The notes beneath the pieces were generated by a model. It worked only from the letters and a program-made list of their open reading frames with translations. It was not told the origin of the DNA and searched no databases. From Octopus sinensis (lineage: Eukaryota), in contig NC_042998.1 of NCBI RefSeq assembly GCF_006345805.1, forward strand, positions 26,908,001 through 26,972,000: DNA of 64,000 bases, given 5' to 3'. A program made the translations under genes and the position numbers. Every line of letters begins with the position of its first letter. Position 1 is the first letter of the stretch. This document shows positions 48,575 through 61,414 of this stretch, piece after piece.

Positions 48575-50265
48575 CATATTACTCTACCTCTGGTATTTGA
48601 GTACTATTTGTCCCATCGATTCACATTTATGTGCTTACTTTGGTGTGTGAGTGTAAGTGTGTGTGTAAAGCACTAGTGCTGGTGCCATGTAGAAAGCACT
48701 GGTGATGGTGCCACATAAAAAGCACCCAGAACACACTGTAAAATGGTTGGCGTTAGGAAGGACATCGAGCAATAGAAACCAAACTATAACAGACTATGGA
48801 ATCTGGTGTAGTCCCTGGCCTTGCCAGCTCCTGTCAAACCATCTAATCCATGCCAGCATGGAAAATGGACATTAAATGATGATGATGGTATATACTTATA
48901 TGTAATAAAGTTGAAATAACTGTGATCAAATTTGACAGTCTCCAATGAAAACCCTCATCCCATTTATTGAATATCAATTACAACAGGGAAGAGCAGAAAG
49001 AAAAGACCAGTCCTTGGTAATTTTTCTCTCTTTTTTAAACAGGCGGATATGAGTGGTATGCTTTATCTAACCTCAGCCCTCTAATTTCACTGATTGGCTG
49101 ATATCACTGCCTTGAGCAGAAAGGATTTTTATGGTCTCGAAGTGCTTTATCTTTCATGTGACGTTATATGTTTGTCTATTTTAGGTGGCTTGGTTAATTT
49201 TATCTTACTTTTCACATATATCATTTTATAATACATTCTATGTGTATGTAATAAATACGTGTGTGTGTATATATATTCTATAAACAACACATTCCAAACT
49301 TTAATATTTTCCTGGTTGTGTTTTGGTTTTTTTTTTTTTTTGCTTTCTCTACTTGACTTAGTGGTTTATAAAAATTATTATGATCATTGAGTAATATAAA
49401 GGAAAAAATTGAACAAAAAAAAACCCAGATCCTTTACTATTCAAAGAACAACAATGACGATTTATGCATTGACTTTTCTGCATGACTCATAATAAAAAAA
49501 GTAGATATGGTGCTTTATTTATTATTTGTGTTTCTAGTGACTGGTAAAGTCATTCCTCTCTCCTTTACCTAGCTGAATTATTAGAAATTAAAGAATATCA
49601 ACTAAATATAAGATAAAATATTTAATTTATAGCCCTTTTTTTTCCAACCCTGGCAAGGTATATATATATATACATATATATATATAAAAAGAAGTCTTTA
49701 ACATGATATGGCTTATATGAAGTTAAATCAATTTTTCAAAACAAAATGAGGCTGTATATGAACAGACATGTACATTTGTAATGAATAAACTGCAATAACA
49801 TAACGGAAATTTTCAATAATGTTTTCGTGAAATGTTAAAAGAATTTATATTCTTAATTCATTCTGTAAACATGAATGTCTGCCTCTTAATGTGTGTCAAA
49901 AGTAGTATCCTGCATTCAGGAATTTCAAGCTGTATTCAGAGAAAATAAATTTACACCTAATTTCTGACCAATCCCATACTTTCAAGTCAAAGAAAACATC
50001 AATCAATTACAATAATTGGGGTGAACAGAAAGAAATTCTTTGAAAAAGGTACAGATATTATATTAAAAATATTAAGCTGGAATTGCTATCATTTTACAAT
50101 GTTTATATATATATACATTTTATTCATTATTTTGCACATTACTTAATCATTGTTATATGTTTTATCTTATATTTAATCTTTCTATAATATGTACTTTTTC
50201 TAAATGGTATAATTTAATTTTTCATTATTGAATTGATAAAAAGGTGTTTTTTTTTTCGAATTTAC

Positions 50266-50321
<56 letters not shown>

Positions 50322-50698
50322 TTTGTGAAATTTGATTTAGTATTTCAAATTTGAATTTTTGCCTGTAAGTTTGGAATAATATTCCCTCATATTATTATAT
50401 ATATACATATATATGTATGCATCACTAAATTTGAATGAAAATCTTCAGTGTTCAAGATGGAAATAAAAACTGTCTTTAATATCAAATATGAAACAAACTT
50501 CACAATAAGTAAAATTCGATATATTTTTGGCTAGGAAACAATTTTACAGTTGCAATTTTCATTAAATATTAGGACATAATAACTAAAGGAAAATATAAGC
50601 ATTATAGAAAGACAATACTGAAATTCTTTTTAATACTAGAAAGAATTATAATACCTAGAACTGTGTTTAAAACTTCTTAAATAATTTAGCCTCTAACC

Positions 50699-50950
50699 CA
50701 ATGTTTTGCAACCATTTCTTGCCTATGGACCCCTTGATTCCTATTTTGCTCTACTGGGCCTCCATAGACATATACTGTATATATTAAAAATTTATTGTAT
50801 TTTCATTATTAAATATTAGTTAGAATTGTATTTAAAAAATTAATATTTTGTGTATTGTACAAGTATAAGCAATTTATTGCACATAAGTTTTAACAACAAA
50901 ATCTGATACGAACCCCCAAGGGCCATGTAAAACCCAGTTGAGAACCACTG
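50699..50950. mobile_element. hAT-type MITE
   Basis: TIR ...GTTGAGAACCACTG; flanks ctctaacc / ctctaaac. Confidence 0.75.
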
Positions 50951-51110
50951 CTCTAAACCATGTCAAGATTGTTTTAGTTGTTGTTGTGTAACTCCAAGTC
51001 AACTGTAATCTAGCAGATCCATAGAGAAAGATGTTCCAATAGTGACTGACTTCACTGTCACCAAGACATAATATATCTATACCTAGTGAGTCAATTAGTT
51101 CATTTTGTAG

Positions 51111-51272
51111 GACAGTGGGATGTAATTTGGAGATTTTTGGTGTTATTTCCAGCAGCTTCAGTGTCAGAAAGAAGCTTCCTAAATTTAGTGCCATGGTGAT
51201 ACCATATGTGAAAACAGGGCAATGGTATGGATATTTTGAACCTGGTTGTGGAAATCTGCAGAGGTATACATA
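51111..51272 (+). CDS. candidate internal coding exon, product unknown
   Basis: ttcattttgtag|G...TA|gtaagt; 162 nt, phase 2-2, open: TVGCNLEIFGVISSSFSVRKKLPKFSAMVIPYVKTGQWYGYFEPGCGNLQRYT; the antisense frame is also open with plausible sites (51083-51289). Confidence 0.35.
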
Positions 51273-51917
51273 GTAAGTTTTCTCAGCACCTGGAACAAGG
51301 AGCAGGGGCAAAGACACTTTTACTGTCCTTATATTAAAATTAACGAGCATGAATGACTAGAGGAAATTTTGTGTCCCCTTATCTGAGCCCTAAGGAGGCA
51401 CCTTCCTCCCTCTCCTCTACACTTCTGAGCCCACAAACAACCCATTAGTTATACACAAAATAGTTCTGCTTACAGTATATTTTACCTTGTTATTTATTAC
51501 AAGTCATTTGAGCCTGAAGACATAAAGCATCATGCCACACACAGAGTAAAGCATCAGTGATCTCGCATGAATTAACACTCATACAGCTCATATTCAAATG
51601 CCCTAAAACTCAACCAGCTGTGATATTTAAATCAAAACCTGGAGGTTGAATGGATTAACTCCTTAACACTCAGATTACTCTGTCCAATTTAATACTTATT
51701 TATTCTCATTGTATTGAATTAATCGTGCCTTATCTTGTAGCTTTGAGATTTCAATGATGTAATTGTATATTTTTAGAATGACATTATAGAGTAGGTAGGA
51801 GAGGCCAGATCTGGACAATTGGAAGATAAAACAAATCAAACATTTGAGCCAGATATGGTTGGTTTAAATCTAAAGAGAGATAGCAGTCAAGGAACAAGAT
51901 TTATTACTGAAGTTATA

Positions 51918-52430
51918 CAAGGTGTTCAAAAAGTCTCTCTGCAGTGAAACGGAAATCAACCTAGGAAGTGCTCACATGGCAGTAAAAAAGAAATTAAATT
52001 TCTTTCCAAAGTGCTGGCCATTCAAGAATTGAAGACTACGGATCATGCTAAAAGGCTTCATTATTGTTATTGGTTCCAAAACTTTGTTGCCGAGAAAGGC
52101 ATAGAAGTGCTGGATGGGTGTTTTTACACTGATGAGGCTTGGTATCATCTGTCAGGACACATAAATTCGCAAAACACAAGGTTATGGAGCATTGAGAATC
52201 CACACATGACACATGAGCAACCTCTGCATCCCAATAGCAATTTTGAGAAAGCGTATTGTGGGACCGCTATTTTTTGAAGACACCATCAACACTGAGAGAT
52301 ATTGCTCAAATATTGTCTATCCATTGCTAGGCCAACTCACTGAAAGTGAAAGTAATAATGCATACTTTCAGCAAGATGGAGCTACAGCTCATACTTCGTG
52401 CATCACCATGTAGAGAGTTATCAAAGGAGA
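51918..52430 (+). mobile_element. truncated Tc1/mariner (rosa/DD41D-like) element
   Basis: TA-CAAGGTGTTCAAAAAG end; FYTDEAWYHLSGHINSQNTRLWSIENPH and GPLFF...YFQQDGATAHT. Confidence 0.8.
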
Positions 52431-52551
52431 TATTCATAAAAACCATTGTAGACTATCAGATTGAAGAATTCATAAAGGCAAAAACATCAATATTTGGAAA
52501 CAATACTATTTTCTTTTTAAGCAAAATGGTTTCTGTCTGAATACTATAGGA

Positions 52552-53338
52552 CAGTAGTTTTCAGTCAGGTTCCATATGGCCTTTGGAGGGGGCCACATAA
52601 GATTCCATTGTTAAAATTTATCTGCAATAAATTGGCTATACTTCACAATACACAAAACGTTCTAGCATTTTGTTTTATACAATTTCTTATAATATTTAAT
52701 TACAAAAATATCTTTCCTTTTATCTTCTACTTGTTTCAGTCATTAGACTGCAGCCATACTGGGGCACTGCCTTACAGAATTTTTTAGTCAAATGAATCAA
52801 TCCCAAGACTTGTTTATTTATGTATTTAATTTTTTTTTTTTAAAGCTTGGAACTTATCCTATTGTCTCTTTTGCAGGACTGCTAGGATATGAGGCATAAA
52901 CACACACTAATACCAGTCGTCAAGTGTTGATGGGGGACAAATACACACACACACACACACACACACACAATGGGCTTCTTTCAGTTTCTGTCAACCAGAT
53001 CTACTCACAACGCTTTGGTTGGCCTGAGGCTATATTAGATGACACTTGCCCAAGGTGCCGTGCAGAACCATGTGGTTCCATGTGGTTGAGAAACAAGCTT
53101 CTTACCACACAGCCACACCTGTGCCTAAAAGGAAAAAAAAAGAAAATATGGAATGCTTCATGAATTTGTGTGTTGTCCATGTGCAGGGGCCATGCTAGTC
53201 TTCTCAATATCATTTCAATTTTAACATATGTATTGCCAAAGCAATAGGATCTTTTAAATATTAAATGGCTACGAGGGTCCACCTGAGTAAAACAGGAACG
53301 AAAGGGGTCCATAGGAAAAAAATGGTTGAGAACCAGTG
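52552..53338. mobile_element. hAT-type MITE with nested SINE B (~52720-53125, minus)
   Basis: Ends cagtagttttcagtc / ggttgagaaccagtg; flanks ctatagga / ccaaagga. Confidence 0.65.
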
Positions 53339-54249
53339 CCAAAGGACAATTTTTACAAAAAGAACTCACAGCAATATTTTAGGATCAGTACTTCATAAAT
53401 ATACTTCCATCATATTCAAAGTGTAAATTAGATATATTCTATATTCTTATTTTGTTTTTTTTTTATTATTTTACTTTATTTAGAAAAAATATAAATCAAA
53501 TAGAATTTAAAAATAAAAGCATGATATAATTGGTAAAAATGTCACGCTGCAAAACCGGAAAACTAGTTTACTTTTCTTATGTGCTTCTGATAGTTAATAC
53601 ATAAATACCATTTAAATTCTTTATTGAATTAATATCTTAACTGAAGGTATGTGTTAAGCTTTTTAGGGCGAGACTATAAATTTATATGTTGCTTCCTAAA
53701 AAATGTAAAGAATATTTGATGAGAATCTGTGTTTTTAATAATATTAATGTTGTTCTAATTCGGACATCAAAAAATGTCTTGTTTATGGTTTGTTTCATAT
53801 ACAAAAAAAATCAACTGGTAAATAGATATAGTTCAGATTCTTTCTGTATTTTCTACATAAATTACAAAATATTTAGTGTTCAGAATAATGTTATTTTAAA
53901 TTTACAGATATTGACAGCAATAAACAAAACTGGGCCCCAAGCACTCACAAAATGTTTCTGTGATGTAAATTGAATATATACATATAAATTTACTCCATAT
54001 TTTTATGTGAAATAAATTTTGTAAAACTAAATTTCAATATCAGTTAAGTTATTCTAGAGAAATAGTAAGGTCTCACATGTGTAATACAGTGGGTTGAGAA
54101 ACTTGAATTAACTTAGATTATCCAAGCAATAAATAGACAGAAACTTCCTTCTAGGGTGTTGGAAATCTAAAAATCAAGCAAAGGTAATAACCCCAATAAC
54201 ATATGTTGATCACACACATATATATATATATATATATATGCGCCTGGTA

Positions 54250-54570
54250 CTTATTCTGGCATAGAGGCACATGGTTAGAGCAGTAGACTTGCAGTCGAGG
54301 GATCGTGGGTTCGAATCTCAGATATGGTGATGTGTGTGTTTATGAGTGAAACACCTAAGATCCAGGTGGCTCCGGCAGAAGGTAATGGTGAACTTCCGCT
54401 GACTCTATCGCCACAACTTTCTCTCACTCTTCCCTCCTGCATCTTGAAGCTCACCTGCGACAGACCGGCGTCCCATCCAGGTGGGGAAACCTATACACCA
54501 AGGAAACCAGGAAACCGGCCCTTATGAGCCAGGTGTGGCTCGAGAAGGAACAAACAACAACCTATTCTGA
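54250..54570 (+). mobile_element. tRNA-derived SINE family C, V-domain-like
   Basis: A box tggttagagc, B box gggttcgaatc; ctgcgacagaccggcgtcccatccagg resembles the V-SINE core; (AAC)n tail. Confidence 0.55.
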
Positions 54571-55439
54571 CAGCTTCTTTTGTTGAACCACTAATTTTCA
54601 AGGATGTAAACAAACCAACACCAGTTATCAGTGGTGGTGTGGTCAGATACAAAGACACACACATATTCATGTGCAATGGTCTTCTTTCACTTTATATCTA
54701 CCAAATTCACTCAAAAGGCTTTGGTAAGCATAGGGCTATAGTTGAAGATTCTTGCCCAATGTTCCACACAGTGAGACTGAAACCAAGGTCAATGGTTGGG
54801 AAGAAGCTTCTTGACCACACAGACATGCCTCTGTGTGTGTGTAAATTGAAGGAGTGTAATGGTGCTGATTTTGAATATCAACACAATATGGCTAAGTTAA
54901 AATATCTCTGAGGTGTGTTCGCATATTAAATATACATACAACAGCATCTTAGATACATGATACGATGACATACAGACAGATTAACCCTTCGACATTGAAA
55001 CCAGCCATATCCAGCCAAAATATTATGTTTGTCTTATGTTCAAACTGGCTAAATACAGTCTCTCTTTTGCAGACCTCATAATGTCATACTAAAAGTAAAC
55101 AGTCCCATAATTGAAGTCTCAAAGCTACAAGATAATGGATGATTAAGTCAAAGCAATGCGAATGAATAAGCGAGGGTTAATTGAGATTATCCAAGTAATT
55201 AGAAAGCAAAAGTGCTCTCTCTCTCTCTCTAGTGGGTAAGACACTGGCATTAGGAAGGACATCCAGTGCGATTCCTGTCAAACTGTCCAACCCGTGCCAG
55301 CTTGGGAAGCAGACATTAAATGATGATGATGATGATTGATGATGATGATGATGATAATGATGATGGTGATGCAACATTCTCCTCGTTATTTTCTCTCTGT
55401 CATAGAATTGGTATTCAGAATGAGTGTAACTACATTGCT

Positions 55440-55650
55440 TCAATATATTGGCTTTGATTTTCGACACAAGACCAGTAATTTCAGGAGAGCAGTTAAGCTG
55501 TAAATTGACCCCAGTATTCAACTGGTATTTATTATATCGACCACAAAAGGATGAAGAGCAAAGCCGACCTCAGCAGAATTTGAACTCAGAACATAAAGAG
55601 GGACGAAATGCATTTTACCTGGCATGCTAACCATTCTGCCAACTTGCCAC
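55440..55650 (-). mobile_element. SINE family A
   Basis: Reverse complement of head plus core. Confidence 0.8.
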
Positions 55651-56510
55651 CCTATTGGTCCTATATTTTTCTCTCGTTTTGTCAACTGAATAGAATATTC
55701 TCTGCTGAGAAGATCTGATATCTCCCAAAATCTCCCAAAATGTTGATTCCATCAATTAGCTTTAAAAACCAGATTCTCTCCAAAATATTTCAACCAACTG
55801 ATGCCATTAGAATTATTTCCCTTGTTTATTGTTTTTAGATTACCAACAATTTCAGAAGGAGTTTTTATCTATAAATCAATTAATTACCTTTCCAACTGTT
55901 AATCTCAGTTGATTACTTTATCAACAAATTACATATGTGAGAGTATACCATATATTTAGTATGCGAAATAACTTCCCTGAGACATTTTCCCTCGGCTATA
56001 TTGTTAGTATTCTGCTATTTCACATATAAAATACTTAAATATATACATGGTAAACAAGTGAAAAAAAATAATTATGCTATTACAGTTTGACTTTTCATAC
56101 ATTAGTTCCAGTAAGATATTAAGGTCAATACAGCGAGTTATGCACTTTCCTTTTTACATCTACAAAAGCAATCTTTTGTTATAGCTTTACAGAGAATACA
56201 TTGATAAGGTGTAATAACTCTACCTTTACCAGGTACATTTCGTAGCAAAAATTGATTTGAATTTTCAAACCTTTTTGCATATAACTGGGTTGTGTTATTA
56301 CAAGTGACTGCTTCTTTATAATAAGCTAATACAAACATGAGTGTGACTCGGGCCCCTACACGCATGAATAATGCAGATTGCTGTTTTTCAGCTTGCATCA
56401 AGCTGTTTCTTTTCAAGTATGTCTGCCCTATCTTTTTGATCAAGTCCACTTTGAGAAATATCCCTTTGACAAAGATGACCAGGCAGTCTTTGTTTGACAA
56501 CTACTCCAGA

Positions 56511-56541
<31 letters not shown>

Positions 56542-56989
56542 TAATTAGGGTAGCAAGCTGACAGAATCTTTAGCACGGCAGGCAAAATGAGTAGTGGCAT
56601 TTTGCCCATCCTTACATTTAAGGATATTTAAGAATCAAATGACTAAGGATAGATATTTAAGTCACCAATGAAGCCCTTATCATCCTAAGTACCACAGAAA
56701 ATGCAGAAGTTTGCTAGTAAACACCTCATCCAATGGTTTTTTATCTATGGTGTTGGCATACCCTTAGCAGGGAGGGAGCCTAAAAGGAGGTGGAAAATCA
56801 AGCGGGTTCACGAGGGGAGACTGGGTGTTGAGAAAAACTAATTTTTACAGAAATTTAATAATTCAACCAGACATTTTCAAAACAAAAAATATCTTTGTAG
56901 GTATTAAAATATGAATAGAACACAGTATTATCAGTGAATAGAAAATATGATTGATGATGCGTCAAAGTCCAGTATAATTTCATTATATA

Positions 56990-57360
56990 TTTATCCTTTT
57001 ATTTGTTTCACTCATTTGACTGTGGCCATGCTGGAGCACCACCTTTAGTAGAACAAATCGCCCCCGGGACTTATTCTTTGTAAGCCTAGTACTTATTCTA
57101 TCACTCTCTTTTACCAAACCGCTAAGTTACAGCGATGTAAATACACCAGCATCAGTTGTCAAGCGATGTTGGAGGGGAACACACACACACATATATACGA
57201 CAGGCTTCTTTCAGTTTCCGTCTACCAAATCCACTCACAAGGCTTTGGTCGGCCCAACGCTATAGCAGAAGACACTTACCCAAGGTGCCATGCAGTGGGA
57301 CTGAACCCAGAACCATGTGGTTGGTAAGCAAGCTACTTACCACACAGCCACTCCTATGCC
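56990..57360 (-). mobile_element. SINE family B, full length
   Basis: Reverse complement of the family B sequence. Confidence 0.88.
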
Positions 57361-58379
57361 TATTTCTTCATATTTTTTTTTAAATAATTTCCACAAAAAG
57401 TTAATGTGGGGGAGCATCAGTTCAGGCAAACATCTAGAAAGAGGCACACGATGGATGGGATAGTACGAAAAAATGTGAATAATAAACCATTGCACAAAAT
57501 TAGCTTCTGCCTCATTAAAATAACAGTTTTTTTTTATTTTGCCTGTGTTTGCCTCTATCAAAACCTTCCATGAGAGAGCTTTGTAAAATGCCACTCAGTT
57601 GAAAGGAACAAGGGAGCTGCAAGGAAAGGAAGATGGAAGTAGAGATAGCTACTGAGCTATGAAAGGTTGAGACCCACTGGAAAATGAGCAAATCATTAAG
57701 CACGGGGGAAATAAAAGCAACTTTAATTTCATCAACAAGTTTGAGCAAGGAGAGAGTACTTGCTCAAAACTAAAAACAAGATTTCCTGATACTCTCTCTC
57801 TCTTTCTCTCTCTATCTCTCTCTCTCAATAGCAACTGGTATCATTATCTTACAAATGTATTTATTGTGTATACATGTATATACTTCTGAAAATCTCATAT
57901 TCATATTTATTTTTCTATTTATGAAATCATCATACTTTATACTCATGTTTCTTTGTTTTTATTTTATTTTTGTTTTGTTTTGTTTTTTTTATATCTTTGT
58001 TATGATTATCTTTTGTTTATTTACTTATTTATGTATTTATTTATATGCCTTGCAGCTATTGTTATACAGCTTAAAAACAAAAATCAATATTTGTATCAAA
58101 ATAATAATGATGAAAAATTCTCTATTGAATCATTTAATGATTTATGAAACTGTAACCAAGAAGCAAACAGACCAGAGACTAAAGGGAATTCTGAATAAAT
58201 TGCTGACTTATTTAATCACCAAGAGAAAATAATAATATTCAAGTAAATAACAGAAGATAAGCGAGTTGTTAATAGCAAAAAATGCAAATCTTTAACAAGC
58301 AGAATTGATAAATTGAAGAGAATTTTACAAGGAACAAACAATATGAAATAGCTTCTCTAAATTACTATAATAATAATAA

Positions 58380-58778
58380 TAATGGTTTCAAATTTTGGCA
58401 CAAAGCTAGTAATATCAGGGGAAAGGTAAATCAATCACATCAACCCCAGTGATCAGCTGCTTCTTATTTTATCAACCCTGAGAGGATGAAAAGCAAAATC
58501 AACCTCAACGGAATTTTGAAATCAGAATGTAAAGATTGACGAAATGCTGTTAAGCATTTTGCCAGCTCACCGCCATATAATAATCCTTTCTACTAAAGGC
58601 ACAAGGATTGGAATTTGGGGAAGGGGGTTCGATTACTCAACTGGTACTTAATTTATCAATCCCAAAAGAATGAAAGGCAAAGTCAACCTCGGCGGAATTT
58701 GAGCTCAGAACATAGCGACTGCCAAAATATGACTAAGCATTTCGCCCAGTGGGTGAACAATTCTGCCAGCTTGCTGCC
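58380..58778 (-). mobile_element. two tandem SINE family A copies with different tails
   Basis: Two heads at ~58575 and ~58778. Confidence 0.75.
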
Positions 58779-59105
58779 TTCACTGCTAGAATAGAATGCT
58801 AAAAGTGGAGACAAGTAAAAGCAGAAAGTTTCTGAAAAAGTTTGAAACATTAAAATTGTGTTGACAATATAAAAAAACAACATAGTATTTTATCTTCAAC
58901 ATTTTAAAGGGGATGGAATCAAATCTAGATACTTAAGCACAGTGGTTCTAGAGCTTTTTTTAACTCGATCCCCACCCTTATCACTGAATACCATTAAGAC
59001 TTCAGAAAGGTACAGCGATATGCCAAAGGGTACTATGAGGGTTCTGCATGCTTAAAAGGTTGTAATTTTTTTTGTTTTTTTTGGGGGGGGGGATAACATA
59101 TTTAA

Positions 59106-59326
59106 CCATTTAGCATTTAAACTGGCCATATCTGGCCAAAATATTCTGCCTGTTTTATGCTAAAACTGGCCAGATTGGGCTTCTCACACCCACCCTATAA
59201 TGTCAGCCTAAAAAATAAACAAACACATCATCAAAGTTTCAAAGCTATGACATAATGCATGATTAATTCAAAACAATGTGAATAAATAATCAGAACATTT
59301 GACACAATAATTCAAATGCTAAAAGA
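59106..59326. mobile_element. piggyBac-type MITE
   Basis: TTAA at 59102-59105 and 59327-59330; colinear with 39988-40199. Confidence 0.8.
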
Positions 59327-59349
59327 TTAAATCAGATGCATTACCTATA

Positions 59350-59892
59350 TTGAAACAGGATGGGTAGAGGTAGACCCAGGAAGACATGGGATGAAGTGGT
59401 CAAGCATGACCTTCAAATGTTGGGCCTCACAGAAGCAATGACAAAAGACCGAGACCTCTGGAGATATGCTGTGACTGCGAAAACCCGACAAATGAAGTGA
59501 GTTCATGGCTCGCAAGACAGCCTGCTGTGCTTACCTTGGATTGTAGGGTGACCTGCTGTGCTTGAGGAGACCTACTGAGTCAAGTACATCAACAACAAAA
59601 TAAAAATCAAATGGAAACTGTAGTTGTGGTACCCGTGCCAGTGGCATGTAAAAAGCACCATCCAAACGTGGCTGATGCCAGCGCCACCTTGACTGGCTTC
59701 TGTATTGGTGGCACGTAAAAAGCACCCACTACACTCAGAGCAGTTGGCATTAGGAAAGGCATTCAGCTGTAGAAACACTGCCAGATCAGACTGGAGCCTA
59801 GTGCAGCCTCCTGGCTTCCCAGACCCCGGTCAAACTGTCCAATCTATGCTAGCATGGAAAACGGATGTTAAACGATGATGATGATGATGATG
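59350..59892 (+). mobile_element. RTE-type LINE 3' fragment
   Basis: GRGRPRKTWDEVVKHDLQMLGLTEAMTKDRDLWRYAVTAKTRQMK* (59363-59500); two repeat units; (GAT)n tail. Confidence 0.88.
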
Positions 59893-59997
59893 AAATCTTT
59901 GCCAAGCTTAAAATACAAACAAGAAAGAAATTTGTTTATTAATGAGCAGAAACATGACTGATGATAAATTTCCCCAAGGTGCAATATAATTTCATAA

Positions 59998-60560
59998 GCA
60001 CAGGAGTGATTGTGTGGTAAGAAGCTCGCTTCCCAACCACATGATTCTGGGTTCAGTCCCACTGCTTAACACCTTGGGCGTCTTCTACTATAGCCCAGAG
60101 GTGGACCAAAGCTTTGTGAGTGAATTTAGTAGACAGAAGCTGAAAGAAGCCCGTCGTATATATATATATGTGTGTAAATATAAATATATATATATATATG
60201 GCGTTAGGAAGGGCATCCAGCTGTAGAAACACTGCCAGATCTGACTGGCCTGGTGCAGCCTTCGGGCTTCCTAGACCCCAGTTGAACCGTCCAACCCATG
60301 CTAGCATGGAAAGCGGACGTTAAACAATGATGATGATGATGATGATGATATGTGTATGTATTTGTGTGTCTGTGTTTGTCCCCCACTGTCTGAAGTTGGT
60401 GCGTTTATGTCCCTGTAACTTAGCGGTTCGGCAAAAGAGACCGATAGAATAAGTATTAGGCTTACAAAGAATAAGTCCTGGGGTCGATTTGTTCAACTAA
60501 AGGCGGTGCTCCAGTATGGCCACAGTCAAATGACTGAAACAAATAAAAGATAAAAGAATA
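59998..60560 (+). mobile_element. SINE family B with nested RTE tail (60197-60350)
   Basis: RTE tail sits in the internal microsatellite of the SINE. Confidence 0.8.
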
Positions 60561-60919
60561 TATCCCCTCATCATCTTTAGTAACTTCTAGAAAATTCTAA
60601 CATAGGCATCACTGATCCACACAAATATTTAAAAGAAAAATATTGGATGGTTGAGGACAAGAAAATATGGAGCAATGAGAAGACAATATTTGTAAAATGG
60701 CATTCAGTGACAACAGGGGTGACGATCGAGTTACAAAAAAGCTCAAGAACCACTGTGCTTATGTATTGTGTCTAAATTTGATTGCATCCCCTTTAAAATG
60801 TGGAAGATAAAATACTACGCTGTTTGAAATTCAAATTTATATGTATATGAATATGTTTCACACACATCACACAGGCACATAGACACACACACACACATAT
60901 ATGTATATATATATATATA

Positions 60920-61172
60920 TGCGCTGGTGGCACGTAAAAAGCACCAACCGATCGTGGCCATTGCCAGCCTCCCCTGGCACCTGTGCTGGTGGTACGTAAA
61001 AAGCACCCACTACACTCACGGAGTGGTTGGTGTTAAGAAGGGCATCCAGCTGTAGAAACACTGCCAGATCAGACTGGAGCCTGGTACAGCCTTCCTGGCT
61101 TCCCAAACCCCGGTTGAACCATCCAACCCATGCTAGCATGGAAAACGGACGTTAAACGATGATGATGATGAT
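60920..61172 (+). mobile_element. RTE-type 3' tail with two repeat units
   Basis: Tail motif plus (GAT)n. Confidence 0.8.
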
Positions 61173-61414
61173 ATATATATATATTCCTTTAGCACTTAAT
61201 CTGGCTATATCTGTCCCAAATATTCTCTCTGGTTTTTGTTGAAACTAGTCAGATCTGGCCTCTCACACCTACTTTGCAATATCATTCTTAAAAAAAAAGC
61301 AATCACAACATCGAAATCTCAAAGCTATGAGATAATGCGTGATTAATTCAAAATAACACAAACAAAAGGCATTACATTTGACATAATTTCAATGCTAACA
61401 GGATATACATATAT

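Noticed and set aside
56138-56500. 120-aa minus ORF with VGARVTL, reminiscent of the PIF1 helicase GARVML motif
   Set aside because: No flanking helicase motifs, no good acceptor site; a single short motif is not enough.
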